Part shown: piece after piece, positions 52,960-64,000 of the stretch
How the letters are laid out: each line of letters starts with the position of its first letter
Position numbering within the stretch: the stretch's first letter is position 1
DNA from: the human T2T-CHM13v2.0 reference genome, Homo sapiens
DNA: 64,000 nucleotides
Reading direction: 5' to 3' (one strand)
Assembly: GCF_009914755.1 (NCBI RefSeq)
Contig: NC_060940.1
Notes under the pieces: model-generated
Told to the model about the DNA's origin: nothing
The model's input: the letters and a program-made list of their open reading frames with translations, nothing else
Database searches by the model: none
Made by a program: the position numbers and the translations under genes

Positions 52960-53220
52960 TAATACGTGTTTACTGTAAGGAAAGGACACAAAGGATAAAA
53001 TGAACATTGCATAACTACATCACCCAGAGATAATTGCTGTTAATATCTTGCTGTATATAATTCTCCTGCTCTATTTATATATTGTAATACATAAATACCT
53101 TTTTCACAAAAATGAGAGTTCACTATTCATACAGTTTCATAACCTGCCTTTGCTTCTCAACAATATAATAGAAACATTTTCCATGTCATTAAATATTCCC
53201 CTACTAAGCATTTATTTTTA
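52960..53220 (-). mobile_element. Old L1ME-like fragment
   Basis: 'catcacccagagataattgctgttaatatcttg', 'acattttccatgtcattaaatatt'. Confidence 0.6.
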
Positions 53221-53929
53221 ATGTGGGTGCCTCTGGCTTAAACAGCAGCAATCTTCAGTGCTGCAAAGAGCTATGCTTGGTGGATTTGAATACATTCTTC
53301 TGCTCAGAGTATTATGAGTTTGTTTAAATGGTACCCGGGTGAAAATATATCGCTGGCTAGCCATTCCTGGAGCAGGAAGAGTGTCTAGTCATTCTTGACT
53401 TGCTCAAATCCTGTAAAATTAACCATTTCTCACAGCCGCGGGCTACTTTTCTGGATGGGAAAATTTGCTGGGACTTAAGGTTCCAGGGCACAGACTGGGC
53501 GGTCAATCCCTGGCAGATCTGTAGCTCTGTTAAAGGAGACAGGGCTGGTTAAAATTTAAATAACCCTGGAAGGTCCCAGGCTGAAATATGCTACAGGGAG
53601 ACACAAATAAGAGAGACGCACAAATGTCATGAGTGTTCAAAAGCAGAAGAGGTCACATTCCACAGGAAGCAAAAGGGGAGGAGAAGCCTGAGCTGACCCT
53701 TCAAGGGCAGGTCCAGTTTGGAGAGGTACTAAGGGCAGTAAATATTCATTCAGGCATTGACTCCACTGATGTTTAATGAGCATCTATTAATACTGCATGC
53801 CCAGCAGTGCCCTTGCTGTCAAGGATATGACAATGAACATACATAGATGGTCTCCAACTTCAAACACCTTACAGATTGGCACAATTCAGAGCAATAGTTA
53901 GCACAATAGGAGAGACTACTGGATACAGT

Positions 53930-54330
53930 AATATTAATAACTGCTCAATAAATGTCCACTATTCGGTGTCCTATGTGTATCATTTCATTAGTGCTCACAA
54001 CAATGCGGTGAGGCAGATTCTATTATTCTCCCTATTTGCAAACTGAGGCTTAGTGAGGTTAACGTACCTAAAGTCCTATGTGCAGGTAGTTAGTAGCGGA
54101 GTCAATCTTTGAACACTTTCCGCCTACTGAGTGTCTGTTCCTGTTATGAAAAGCATTTTGCACATTTCCTCTTATTTAATCCTTCTGACAACCTTGCAAA
54201 GGCAATGATAAAATTCCCATGTTTAAAGACAGTGTTATAAACACAGAGAAAGTTGTCATTTGTCCAGGCCCACAGTAAGAAGTGGAGCAGGGCTGTACCT
54301 ACTGTGGCCTGAGGACCACTCCATGCCCAC
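53930..54330 (-). mobile_element. Two tandem MIR fragments
   Basis: 'tcacaacaatgcggtgaggcagattctattattctccctattt..aaactgaggctta' and 'cttatttaatccttctgacaacc'. Confidence 0.7.
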
Positions 54331-54437
54331 TCTACCTCACTGTTACCACCTCAGTGAGGCAGAGATCCTGGCTGGACTAGGGGAGAGTGAATCACCCCAG
54401 GGAGAGCCATCCTAAGGCTGACTTCCTACACTGTCAT

Positions 54438-54813
54438 TGTGTTAGTTCTCATATTCCTATAAAGAAATACCTGAGACTGGGCAATATATAAAGAAAAGAG
54501 GTTTAATTGGCTCACAGTTCCACAGGCTGTACGGGAAGCATGGCTAGGGAGGCCTCAGGAAACTTACAATTATGGCAGAAGGTGAAGGGGAAGTAGGTAT
54601 GTCTTACATTGCTGGAGAAGGAGGAAGAGAGAGAAGGGGGAGGCACTACACACTTTTAAACAACCAGATCTCACAAGAACTCACTATCATGAGACCAGCA
54701 AGGGGGAAATCCACCCCCTTGATCCAGTCACCTCCCACCAGGTTCCTCCTCCCACATTGGGGATTACAATTCAGCATGAGATTTGGGCGGTGACCCAAAT
54801 CCAAACCGTATCA
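54438..54813 (-). mobile_element. MSTA-like MaLR solo LTR
   Basis: 'aaagaaatacctgagactggg', 'aggcctcaggaaacttacaat', 'ccaaaccgtatca'; TSD gtcat/atcat. Confidence 0.9.
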
Positions 54814-54814
54814 A

Positions 54815-55530
54815 TCATTTATTTCATTCACAAGTGCGTATTCAGCACCTGTCATCCCTGGAGCTGTACTGATGTGAATGGAGTCACAGCCCTTGATAGG
54901 CTCACAGGACACAGGAAGCCAAATGTGCCATTGTGATAAGTCAGATATTATGTTAAATGTAGGCATGGGTATAACACAGTGTGGGGGCAGAAAACTGGAC
55001 TCCCAGTTAGACAGGGACAAATTAGGGCAGGCTTCACAGGGGAGTAACATTTGAGCTGACACTTAAACTATGAGCATGTGCTTACCTGGGAGACACCTGG
55101 ACGGAGGCTGTCCCAGGCAAAGGGAATGGCGTTTTCAAAGGCTCAGAAGTAGAGAGAGCATGGCATGTTTGGCTAACTACGGCCAGGAATTAAGTACTGC
55201 TGATAGATAATGGATGAGGGGAGGAGTGGGAGGAAATGCAGGCAGAGGGGGACAGATCTCCAAGGGCCTATGGTGCTGTCCACAGAGTTTAAATGTTATC
55301 CTGGTAGCAACAGGGAGTCATGCAAGGTTGTAGAGAAGTGTAGCAGAGTGATTGGCATTGAGTGTCAGCAAGATCATTTTAATAAATATGTGCGTGAGGT
55401 GATGCTATGGAACCACTGGGGCTATTTTTTGTGGCCTGACTTACAGGAGAGGTAGTGAGAATAGAAAGAAGACAGGTGTGAGCAAATTAAGGAGGTAGAA
55501 TTGATCAACTTAGTAATTGATTAAATTGGT
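54815..55530 (-). mobile_element. L2 3' region
   Basis: 'catttatttcattcacaagtgcgtattcagcacct', 'catttgagctgacacttaaa', 'aaggaggtagaattgatcaactt'. Confidence 0.75.
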
Positions 55531-55597
55531 CCAGGAAGGTCCAAAATCTAAGACTCTAAGATCAAGGTAACTCAGCACCCAGTTTTCATTTCTGTTC

Positions 55598-55600
<3 letters not shown>

Positions 55601-55658
<58 letters not shown>

Positions 55659-55941
55659 AGTCAGGTCAGGGTCTCCATCTGCCACCCAGGCTATAGTGCA
55701 GTGGTATGATCTGAGTTTACTGCAGCCTCAAACTCCTGAGCTCAAGCAATCCTCCCACCTTAGCCTTCCAAGTAGCTGAGACTACAGGCATGCGCTACCA
55801 TGCCCTGGCTTATTTTTATATTTCTTTGTAGAGACAGGGTTTTGCTGTGTTGCCTAGGTTGGTCTTGAACTCCTGAGCTCAGGTGATTCTGCCCGCCTCC
55901 CAAAGTGCTGGTATTACAGGCCTGCACCACCACACCCAGCC
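55601..55941 (-). mobile_element. AluJ-like with a (TC)28 tail
   Basis: 'ctgcagcctcaaactcctgagctcaagcaatcctccc'; (TC)28 at 55601-55656; TSD tgttcatttct. Confidence 0.92.
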
Positions 55942-56686
55942 TGTTCATTTCTAGTAAGTCCATTATTTTACTTCTTTTATTTGTTCTTATTAAAGTTTCC
56001 ATGCTGTTGGAGTTAATTGTAAGTAGAAAGTTGAGAACGGCCAAATGTTTGGTTGGTTGCTGAGCAGAAGAGCAATACTTAGCATCTTTGTTACATAACA
56101 GATCTCTATTTGTGGGAGTTAATATTTATAAAAGAAAGAAAGATGCATTACCCATAGATGGTGCCATTTATTCTGTTTATTTTTAAAATGCTTTTATGTT
56201 GTTAAAATCCTAGCCTTTGGTTTTGCATCTATAATGAAAGTTGGGCAGATTGTATTTCAGCTGGCATGGAAGGAGAAGATCTTTTCTCTTTTACAAAAAT
56301 CATTACTGCATTTGTTCATTGATCCAACAAATGCACGTGGGCATTTGGAAAGCAGGTATGGTCTCTGCCCTTCCGAAGCTGACAGTTGAGTCATTTATCC
56401 CTGAGTACAGCCTCAGTATTTACCCCTGTTTTAAACAGCTACTCTTCCTTAAACATTGATAGAATGTCAGAAATTAGTCATCAAGAACCAAGGGTGACTT
56501 TCAGTGGTTATTTAATATTTCAGACTTAAATATTCTTCCCACATGCTCCTGCCTCAAGACTTTTGCACTTGCTACCTCCTTTTTCTGAAAGTTTCTCCTC
56601 CAAAATATCCACATCTCCTCCTTATTCCTTTCATGACTTTATTCCAGTGAAGTCTTCTCAGGCCACCCTATTTAAAACAGAGCCTT

Positions 56687-57012
<326 letters not shown>

Positions 57013-58058
57013 CTAGAACTTTCTCCCTTTTTATTTCATCTCCTCCTTAGCACATACCACTGTTGATCTTCTTTACAATCATTCTGCTCATCCAGAATGC
57101 AGGCTCTAGGATGAGGGCATCTTTGTGACCTTGTCTATGGCTCTGTCCACACTGGCTAAAAGATTGCCTGGTCCTGGGTGGGTGAATGTTTGTGGAATTA
57201 ATGGATGACCCCTCTCTGAGCCTTGAGTTTCTCTCCTGAACACAGGGTTGTCAGGGGGGTGGTTAGTAGGGTGTAAGGGAAAAAGAGTAGCAGGGTCCCA
57301 GGATCCTTGGCTCTGTGAGGGCTGCTCCCAGCATTTTAGGCTGATCAGACTACTTCTGCAGGGCAATGCTGGGCTGGAGTTGGTCTTGCTTTACGCAGAT
57401 GTTTCTGGGTTACACAACACTTGGCTTAATCCTTTTTTTTTTCCATCAGGCCCATAAGACAATTTAAAGGAATGAAAAAATATGTATGTTTTAAGGGTCT
57501 AGACCTAATGCTAGCAGCATCCCTTTGGAGAGGTTTTTTTTGTTTGTTTTGAGGGGTCTTTTGTTTGTTGAGACACTGTGCCTTTCAAAATTTAAGGTAC
57601 TGCCTTGTTATGCAAATCACACATGTTTCTAGTAGAAAAAAAAGTAAAAGATGTAGAGAAAGCAAAGCAGGCTTCCCATGGAGGGATAAATGGATCCTTC
57701 CCAGCCCACCCACTGTTCTGAGGCTGCTGCCCATAAGGGTTGTTAGGACACACAGGAGCCTGAGTGGCCAGGTCTCTCAGGAGTGGAGACATTCACTTCC
57801 CAGCCGTGGGACATTTACCCAAACCACTGCAAAGAGCCACAAATAGCATAAGACTGTGTGCTGACGGCCAGTGGAAATGGAGCTCAGCGTTGACAGAGCT
57901 TCCTGAAGACTGAGCTCTCTTGAAAATGTAAAATTGCTGAGGACCTTAAGCAGAGTCCGATCAACCGTGTTGGCCCAGTTGGACTTTCAGCCTGAACTCT
58001 AAGAAGCATGGTCCATCCACTGAGCAGAATGGCCATTGGTGGAGTTTGCACTTAACCA

Positions 58059-58510
58059 TGTTTGTTAACTTCCTAGGGATCCTGAAACAAATCACCACCA
58101 ACTAGAGGGCAAACAACAACTGAAATTTATTCAGTTTATTGACAATCCTAGAGCCCTGAAGTCCAAAATCAAAGTGTTGGTAGGCCTTGCTGTCTCTCGT
58201 GGTCCCAGGGAGGATCCCATCTGCTTCTGCCAGCATCTAGAGGCCCCAGTTCCTTAGTTTCCAGCTGCAAAGCTCCAGTCTCTGCTTCCACCTTCAGGGG
58301 CCCTTCTCCCTGTGTCTTCTCATCTTCTGTCTCCTATAAGGATACTTGTAGATTTAGGGCACACCCAGCTAATCCAAAATCATCTCGTCTCCAGATCTTT
58401 AACTTAATTACATCTGCAGAGACCCATTTTTCCAAATAAGATCACATTCGCAGGTACTGGGGGTTAGGAGTTGGATGTATATTTTGGGCGACCACCATTC
58501 AACACATACA
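58059..58510 (-). mobile_element. MLT1B/C-like LTR
   Basis: 'gaagtccaaaatcaaagtgttgg', 'ttaacttaattacatctgcagagacc', 'ccaaataagatcacattcgcagg'. Confidence 0.85.
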
Positions 58511-58784
58511 AGCCCGTGGAGATAGCACTCACTTCACTTTGAGGAGCTATCATTCTTAGTTCCTTTGATTTTAAAGCTCATATCTCTGTCCAGGATTTAT
58601 TGCACATCTATTCTGTAGTTTTAACTGTAATAGCTTCCACTTGCTGATTTTGTTCTGTGCACCAGGTCACATGGTCAACGATGTATAGGGATTATCCCAT
58701 TTTATCCTCATAATAGTGATGGAGGGAAGGTAAGATTGCTTTATTTTGCAGAACCAGGATGTGTGGGCATCAAAGAGTGTGATT

Positions 58785-59095
58785 TGGTGGCTCACGCCTA
58801 TAATCCCAGCACTTTGGGAGGCCAAGGTGGGCAGATCACCTGAGGTCAGGAGTTTGAGACCAGCCTCGTCAACATGGTGAAACTCCATCTCTACTAAAAA
58901 TACAAAAAAGAAAAAAAAAAGCCGGGCATGGTGGCATGAGCCTCTAGACCTAGCTACTCCAGAGGCTGAGGCAGAAGAATCACTTGAGCCCACGAGGGAG
59001 AGGTTGCAGTGAGCTGAGATCGCACCACAGCACTCCAGCCTGGATGACAGAGCAAGACTCTGTCTCAAAGAAATAAATAAATAAACAAAAATTTA
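58785..59095 (+). mobile_element. AluSx-like inserted in a - strand MIR
   Basis: Alu body from 'ggtggctcacgcc'; A-rich tail; MIR resumes 'gcagagctgagatttgtatcc'. Confidence 0.92.
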
Positions 59096-59197
59096 AAAAA
59101 GCAGAGCTGAGATTTGTATCCTTATTTTGGCTTAAAGTCCTTGCTGTTTTCACTATGCCATAAGTGAGCAAAAGCAGAGAGTTAAAGCATGGTTTCT

Positions 59198-59482
59198 GGC
59201 TGGGCGCGGTGGCTCACGCCTGTAATCCCAGCACTTTGGGAGGCCAAGATGGGCGGATCACGAGGTCAGGAGATCAAGACCATCTTGGCTAACATGGTGA
59301 AACCCCATCTCTACTAAAAATACAAAAAAAATTAGCCGGGCATAGTGACAGGTGCCTGTAGTCCCAAACTAAGGAGGCTGAGGCAGGAGAATGGCGTGAA
59401 CCCAGGAGGCGGAGCTTGCAGTGAGCTGAGATCGTGCCACTGCACTCCAGCCCGGGCAATAGAGCAAGACTGCATCTCAAAA
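59198..59482 (+). mobile_element. AluY-like
   Basis: 'gatcacgaggtcaggagatc', 'ggctaac', 'gagaatggcgtgaacccaggaggcggagcttg'; 'gcatggttt' flanks both ends. Confidence 0.94.
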
Positions 59483-59838
59483 ATTTTTAAAAAATGCATG
59501 GTTTTTGCTTCCAAGCACCTCATAAGCAGAGAGGAAGGGACAGAGAACTATCTATGGTTTATTGGGACACGATGTAATATATGCTACAAGGGAACTGTGT
59601 CAAGAGCTCTGCAGTCTTTCTACCCTGGAAATTTTAGTAAAGGCTTCAAAGAGAAAGTGACCCCTGAGGCGGTCATTTGGGAACAGCAGGACTTGGCTGC
59701 GTCTGAATGTAGAGAATTGCATTCTGGGCAAAGGGAACAGCATCTGTGAAGAAAGGCAAAAGTGAGTGGACCACCCACATGATCCCTCGATAGTGTCCAG
59801 GAGCTTCTGTAGGATGTAGTGTTATGATGCTGAGACAC

Positions 59839-60233
59839 TGTATTAGGCTATTCTTGCATTACTACAAAGAAATACCTGAGACTGGGTAATTTATAAAGAA
59901 AACAGGTTTAATTGGCCCATGGTTCTGCAGGTTGTACAGGAAGCATGGTGCCAGGCATCTGCATTGCTTCTGATGAGGCCTCAGAAAGCTTACAATCACG
60001 GCAGAGGGCAAAGCGGGAGTGGGCACGTCACATGGCAAAAACAGAAGCAAGAGATGGGGGAGGTGCCAAATTTAAACAACCAGGTCTTAGGAGAACTCAC
60101 TCACTACTGTGGGGGTGGCACCAATGAAAGCTCTGCCCCAAGATCCAAACACCTCCCACCAGGCCCCACCTCCAACACTGGGGGTTACAATTCAACATGA
60201 GATTTGGTGGGGACACATATCCAAACCGTATCA
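59839..60233 (-). mobile_element. MSTB-like MaLR solo LTR
   Basis: 'tgtattaggctattcttgcatt', 'aagcatggtgccaggcatctgc', 'ccaaacacctcccaccaggcccc', 'ccaaaccgtatca'; flanks gacac/gatgc. Confidence 0.9.
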
Positions 60234-61029
60234 GATGCTCCTGAGCCATGACTTAGATTTGAATTGCTGCAGACACGTGTCTCTGGTGGCTTCCTGTGTG
60301 CCATACCCTAAGCTGGCGTGGGTGGCCTTCCCTTCCTGAACAGCGTGATGCTGGTAACCTGGGACCTCCTTCCACCTTCCTGCACTCTATAACTACTTCC
60401 CAGATCACTCCGAATTTATATTTGCCATCTCAGGATATGGCAAAGTAAGACACAACAGTAACCCAAACTAAGGCAAGGGCAGTGGGGATGAGGAGGTTGG
60501 AGTCGTGTGAGAGTCTGTTTGGAGAAGGAAATCAGTGATACTCTGTTCAGTGGGTGTGGGAGAGGAGGCTTGACACGAGGGGGCCCCAGTTTTGATGCAT
60601 CTACCAGAACAGGGAAGGACTGTGCTTGGCTGGGGAGCTGCTGAGCTTGCTTTGGGCCATGCTGTGTTTGCAGTGCTCGTGACACATTCAGCTGGAAATG
60701 TTGAACAAGCAGTTAGAAGTGTAGATCTGGGAATTAGGAGACAGTTGGTAATGGAAGCTGTCAGAGTCCACAGGGGTGGGTGGAACCAAAGCTGGAGGAA
60801 TAAGCAGGATATCCAAGAAGAAGGCTGACCATTAGAGACTCGGTGGAGATTGCTTAAAGAGCTGCCAGGAGTGGCAACCTACCAAAAAAAAAACTTATCA
60901 TTCTCCCAGCCCAACCCATACAGGGCTCGTGGAAAGAGCTGGGAAATGGGCTCCCACGTGGAATCTTTGGACTAGTACCAACAGGGGTTTTGGCTACTGG
61001 GGAGGTGAAGAATAGTACTGTGTATGCCC

Positions 61030-61265
61030 CAGGGTGTAGCAGTTGAGAGTATAAGGTACAGACCCAAGAGGTTGGGTTTCTATCCCAGTGCCACCACATA
61101 GGAGCTATGTGTCCCAGGACAAAAGAATCCTCAACTGCACAATGAACACAGCAACCACAGCAACTTCACAGGGGTATGTTGAAGACCAACTAAGGTAACC
61201 CACCTAAAGGGTTGAATACTATTTCCAACATGTAGTAAGTGCTCTGTGCACGTAGCCATGATTAT
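61030..61265 (+). mobile_element. MIR
   Basis: 'gggtgtagcagttgagagta', 'ttgggtttctatcccagtgccacc', 'gtagtaagtgctc'. Confidence 0.6.
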
Positions 61266-61357
61266 TATAATGACAGCGTGTCTGAGTGGAGCCCGGATGA
61301 ACTGGCAAGCGATGACCACCTGTGGACTGCAGCGGGAAGGTCCGCAGCTTGGGGCTA

Positions 61358-61376
61358 GAACCACAAGGGAGCGTGA
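61358..61376 (+). promoter_or_regulatory. Candidate CTCF core motif
   Basis: 'ccacaagggagcgt' versus consensus CCAC(C/T)AG(G/A)(G/T)GGCGC, within a CpG-retaining patch; motif match only. Confidence 0.4.
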
Positions 61377-63529
61377 TGCACACAGGTGTGCTTGCACCCA
61401 CGGCTGAGGTTTTTCTTCCCACCGGCACAGGGCGCTGAGGCAGGGATTTCCTCCCAGAGAGAGGGCGGTTGAGTTCAGTTCCCCTCCACTTTGAAAATGG
61501 CTCTGGAGGAGGGGCGGAGGAAAGGCAGAGACTCCGTTTATTGTTATTTTTAAAAATAAAATGAAAAGGAGCCCTCCAAGGGCTTGTTTATGGGTTTTAT
61601 TATTGGCGAAGAAGAGCACACTTGTCTTTATCAACATCCTGTCTGTCTGGGAGTCTGAGCCGAGAAGGGCAAGACCAAATGTTAAGTCGTAACATCTGAC
61701 TTGTTGTTCCTTGCTCTGCTAACGATCCAGGCTGTTAAGAGGCTTAGCCCTTGTCAGCAGAGCCAATACAATTTCAAGAACAAAATGACTGCTGGAGCCC
61801 AGATCAGAAAAGGGCTGCCTCGTGGGAGCAGGTCAGGGCAGTCTATTAGGCATCTTGTGCAAATAATGCTGAAGAAAGGTGGTCAGAGAAGCTGACTGTA
61901 CCAGGCATAAAATCACGGGGGGAGCCTTCCAGAATAATCTGTGGCCGGGTTATTCTCACTGCTTTTTCTCCCTGGTCCACGAATTAGCTTTTGGACAACA
62001 GCTGTGGTGTAATTGGAATCCATCTTGTGTGATTTTTTTTCCCTCAGATGATTTAGAATTAGTTCAATTTATTTTCAAAAAGTATAACCCAATGACAGCA
62101 GAAAGGCCATGTCTCAAATTGCTTTCCTGTCCATGGCTAGAGTGGGTGGGTGTCATTTGCTGATTTATTACTCTCTCAGTGGGCTCCTTTCGTTTCTAAA
62201 GCCACCTGGAATTATGGCCAGCAATAGAACTCTAAACCAAAGTCAGCTTTGCACGAAAATGCATTTGACTTAAGAGACCACGGAAAATGCTGATTAAAAG
62301 TAACCCTGCATGGCAAAATTTGATTAGGAGATCACATCTGAATGGGAACAGGTTCGAGGGAACGGAGGATGAATCAGGCTCAGCAAAGCCAACTTTGATT
62401 GCACTTTTCTAAGGGGAGGATGTGGTGCTGATTAAACGTCTGAAATTAGTGGGCAGGGACCATTAACATGCAAAGGACTGATATTAGGCAAAGGTTGTAA
62501 AGCTGGAATGGCTGCAAGTCGTAGACATTTAAAACCTAGTTTTAGAAACATCCACCGACCCCTCGGTGAGCTCCTGTGCTTCTGTCACTGGGAGTCAGTA
62601 ATTGAATTTTCTGGACATTTTGACCAGTATGTAACTGTGTGGAGCCGATTACACAGCAGAACGCAATTTTTAGCCTGACCTTAAAAGCATTACCTTCTGC
62701 TGCGTGATTAGAAAACATACAGAGAGTGCCGCCCTTCTAACTGCACTTGATTTGGGGAAGAAGAAAGAAAAAGAATCACCTTGCTATTTTATGAAACCTG
62801 GTAAGATTCATTTAGATTCCACACAGATCATTTAATAACAGATTTTGTAAAATCTTAACATACGGAGCCACCATAAAACGTATTATCTTTTATTACCCAT
62901 ACAGAGAATGACATTTTAGATGGTAATAAATTGAAACCCAAGGAAAGCTATTTGCTTTCGGAGAGTGCTTGGCGAATGACAGGAATAGCAGTTTCCCAAT
63001 TTTACACGGTGGCAAATATGGCCCCCCAGGGTCATTGGAGACAGCCCCCAGCTGGCTTTGTTGAGATTTATCTGAGCAACATTCTCTTATACCTCTTTTT
63101 TTTTTTTTTGAAAGATCATTTCCGTCCAAACCTCACCACATGAGGACCCAGTTGTCATACCATAACATCCCTCCTTCCATCCCGTACACCTGGAGATGTG
63201 TGGCTGGCCTAGGGCTGAGCCTGGGGCTGGGACCAGCCAGTGGGGCATCTGCCTCAAGGTGGAAAAGAGCCCAGCCCATCAGCTCCAAAGCAGCCACAGC
63301 CTCCCTCTGCATAGACACCTCTCCAAAGGAGAAGGACCTTCCCTGCACACTCTTGGACAGCCAAAGCCTCATCACCCTGCCACGCCCCGCAAAACCAGGC
63401 TTTCTAGAGACTGATTCAGCCTGTCTAACATTGCCCATGCCTGCCTTTGGACCTGTAACATCTGCAGACCATGAGAGCAACCTGAGGCCAAATTTGCTGT
63501 GTGGTGATCACCATAACCGTTTCTTGATT

Positions 63530-63780
63530 TACTCATTCATTGAACATTTACTGAGAGTGACTGAGAGTGAACTAGTTTGTGTGATTTTTCCCCCAGGAGA
63601 TTTAGAATAAGTTCAACTTGTTTTCAAAGACTATAACCCGATGACCACATACAGGCAGTGTCTTGGGACCTCAGTGTCTCAAGGGGCAAGGCACTGGGGC
63701 TATGGCAGGAATAAGTTAAAGACAGAATCCTTGCCCTCACCAAGGGCTGTAATAAATACTTAGAAAGTGACTGACACATT
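63530..63780 (-). mobile_element. L2 3' end interrupted by a locally duplicated segment
   Basis: 'actcattcattgaacatttactgag', then after the insert 'aaggcactggggcta...gacagaatccttgccctca'. Confidence 0.7.
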
Positions 63781-64000
63781 GGAAACCACAGGCACCAAAG
63801 GGAAGCTTCTCCGGTACTTGATATTTACCACTTTGTAGATGGCAGGACATTCATCTTCCCACTAGACAGATTTTGAAGGAAAAGGTCTGGTTGACATCAC
63901 ACTTCAAAGGATTGAAATGGAAATATTTTCCAGAGAAATGACAGAGGATGTCATCCTGGGAAGGCAGGCCCCCTGGGAAGCTGGCAGGTGGGCGAGGAAT

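Noticed and set aside
63140-63610. 156-aa ORF
   Set aside because: No domain resemblance or splice structure; it runs into the L2 and the duplicated segment.

Overview
Primate (human-like) non-coding genomic DNA, intergenic or deep intronic. It is CpG-poor and dense in decayed transposable elements: 17 Alus (J/S/Y types), L1 3' fragments, many L2 and MIR fragments, MaLR and ERV solo LTRs, and hAT/Tigger DNA-transposon MITEs, plus microsatellites and a small higher-order minisatellite. I can support no protein-coding exon, RNA gene, CpG island or CRISPR array; the ORF track is explained by repeats, low complexity and chance. I see no convincing new biological system. The most unusual signal is three old insertions, each landing inside a transposon and apparently copied from sequence 0.6-3.4 kb away (6606-6705, 9344-9686, 63577-63682), consistent with locally templated insertion during DNA repair. 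Several repeat-free stretches carry enhancer- or CTCF-like motif clusters. Family and subfamily names come from remembered consensus sequences and need RepeatMasker/Dfam confirmation; boundaries of old elements are approximate.
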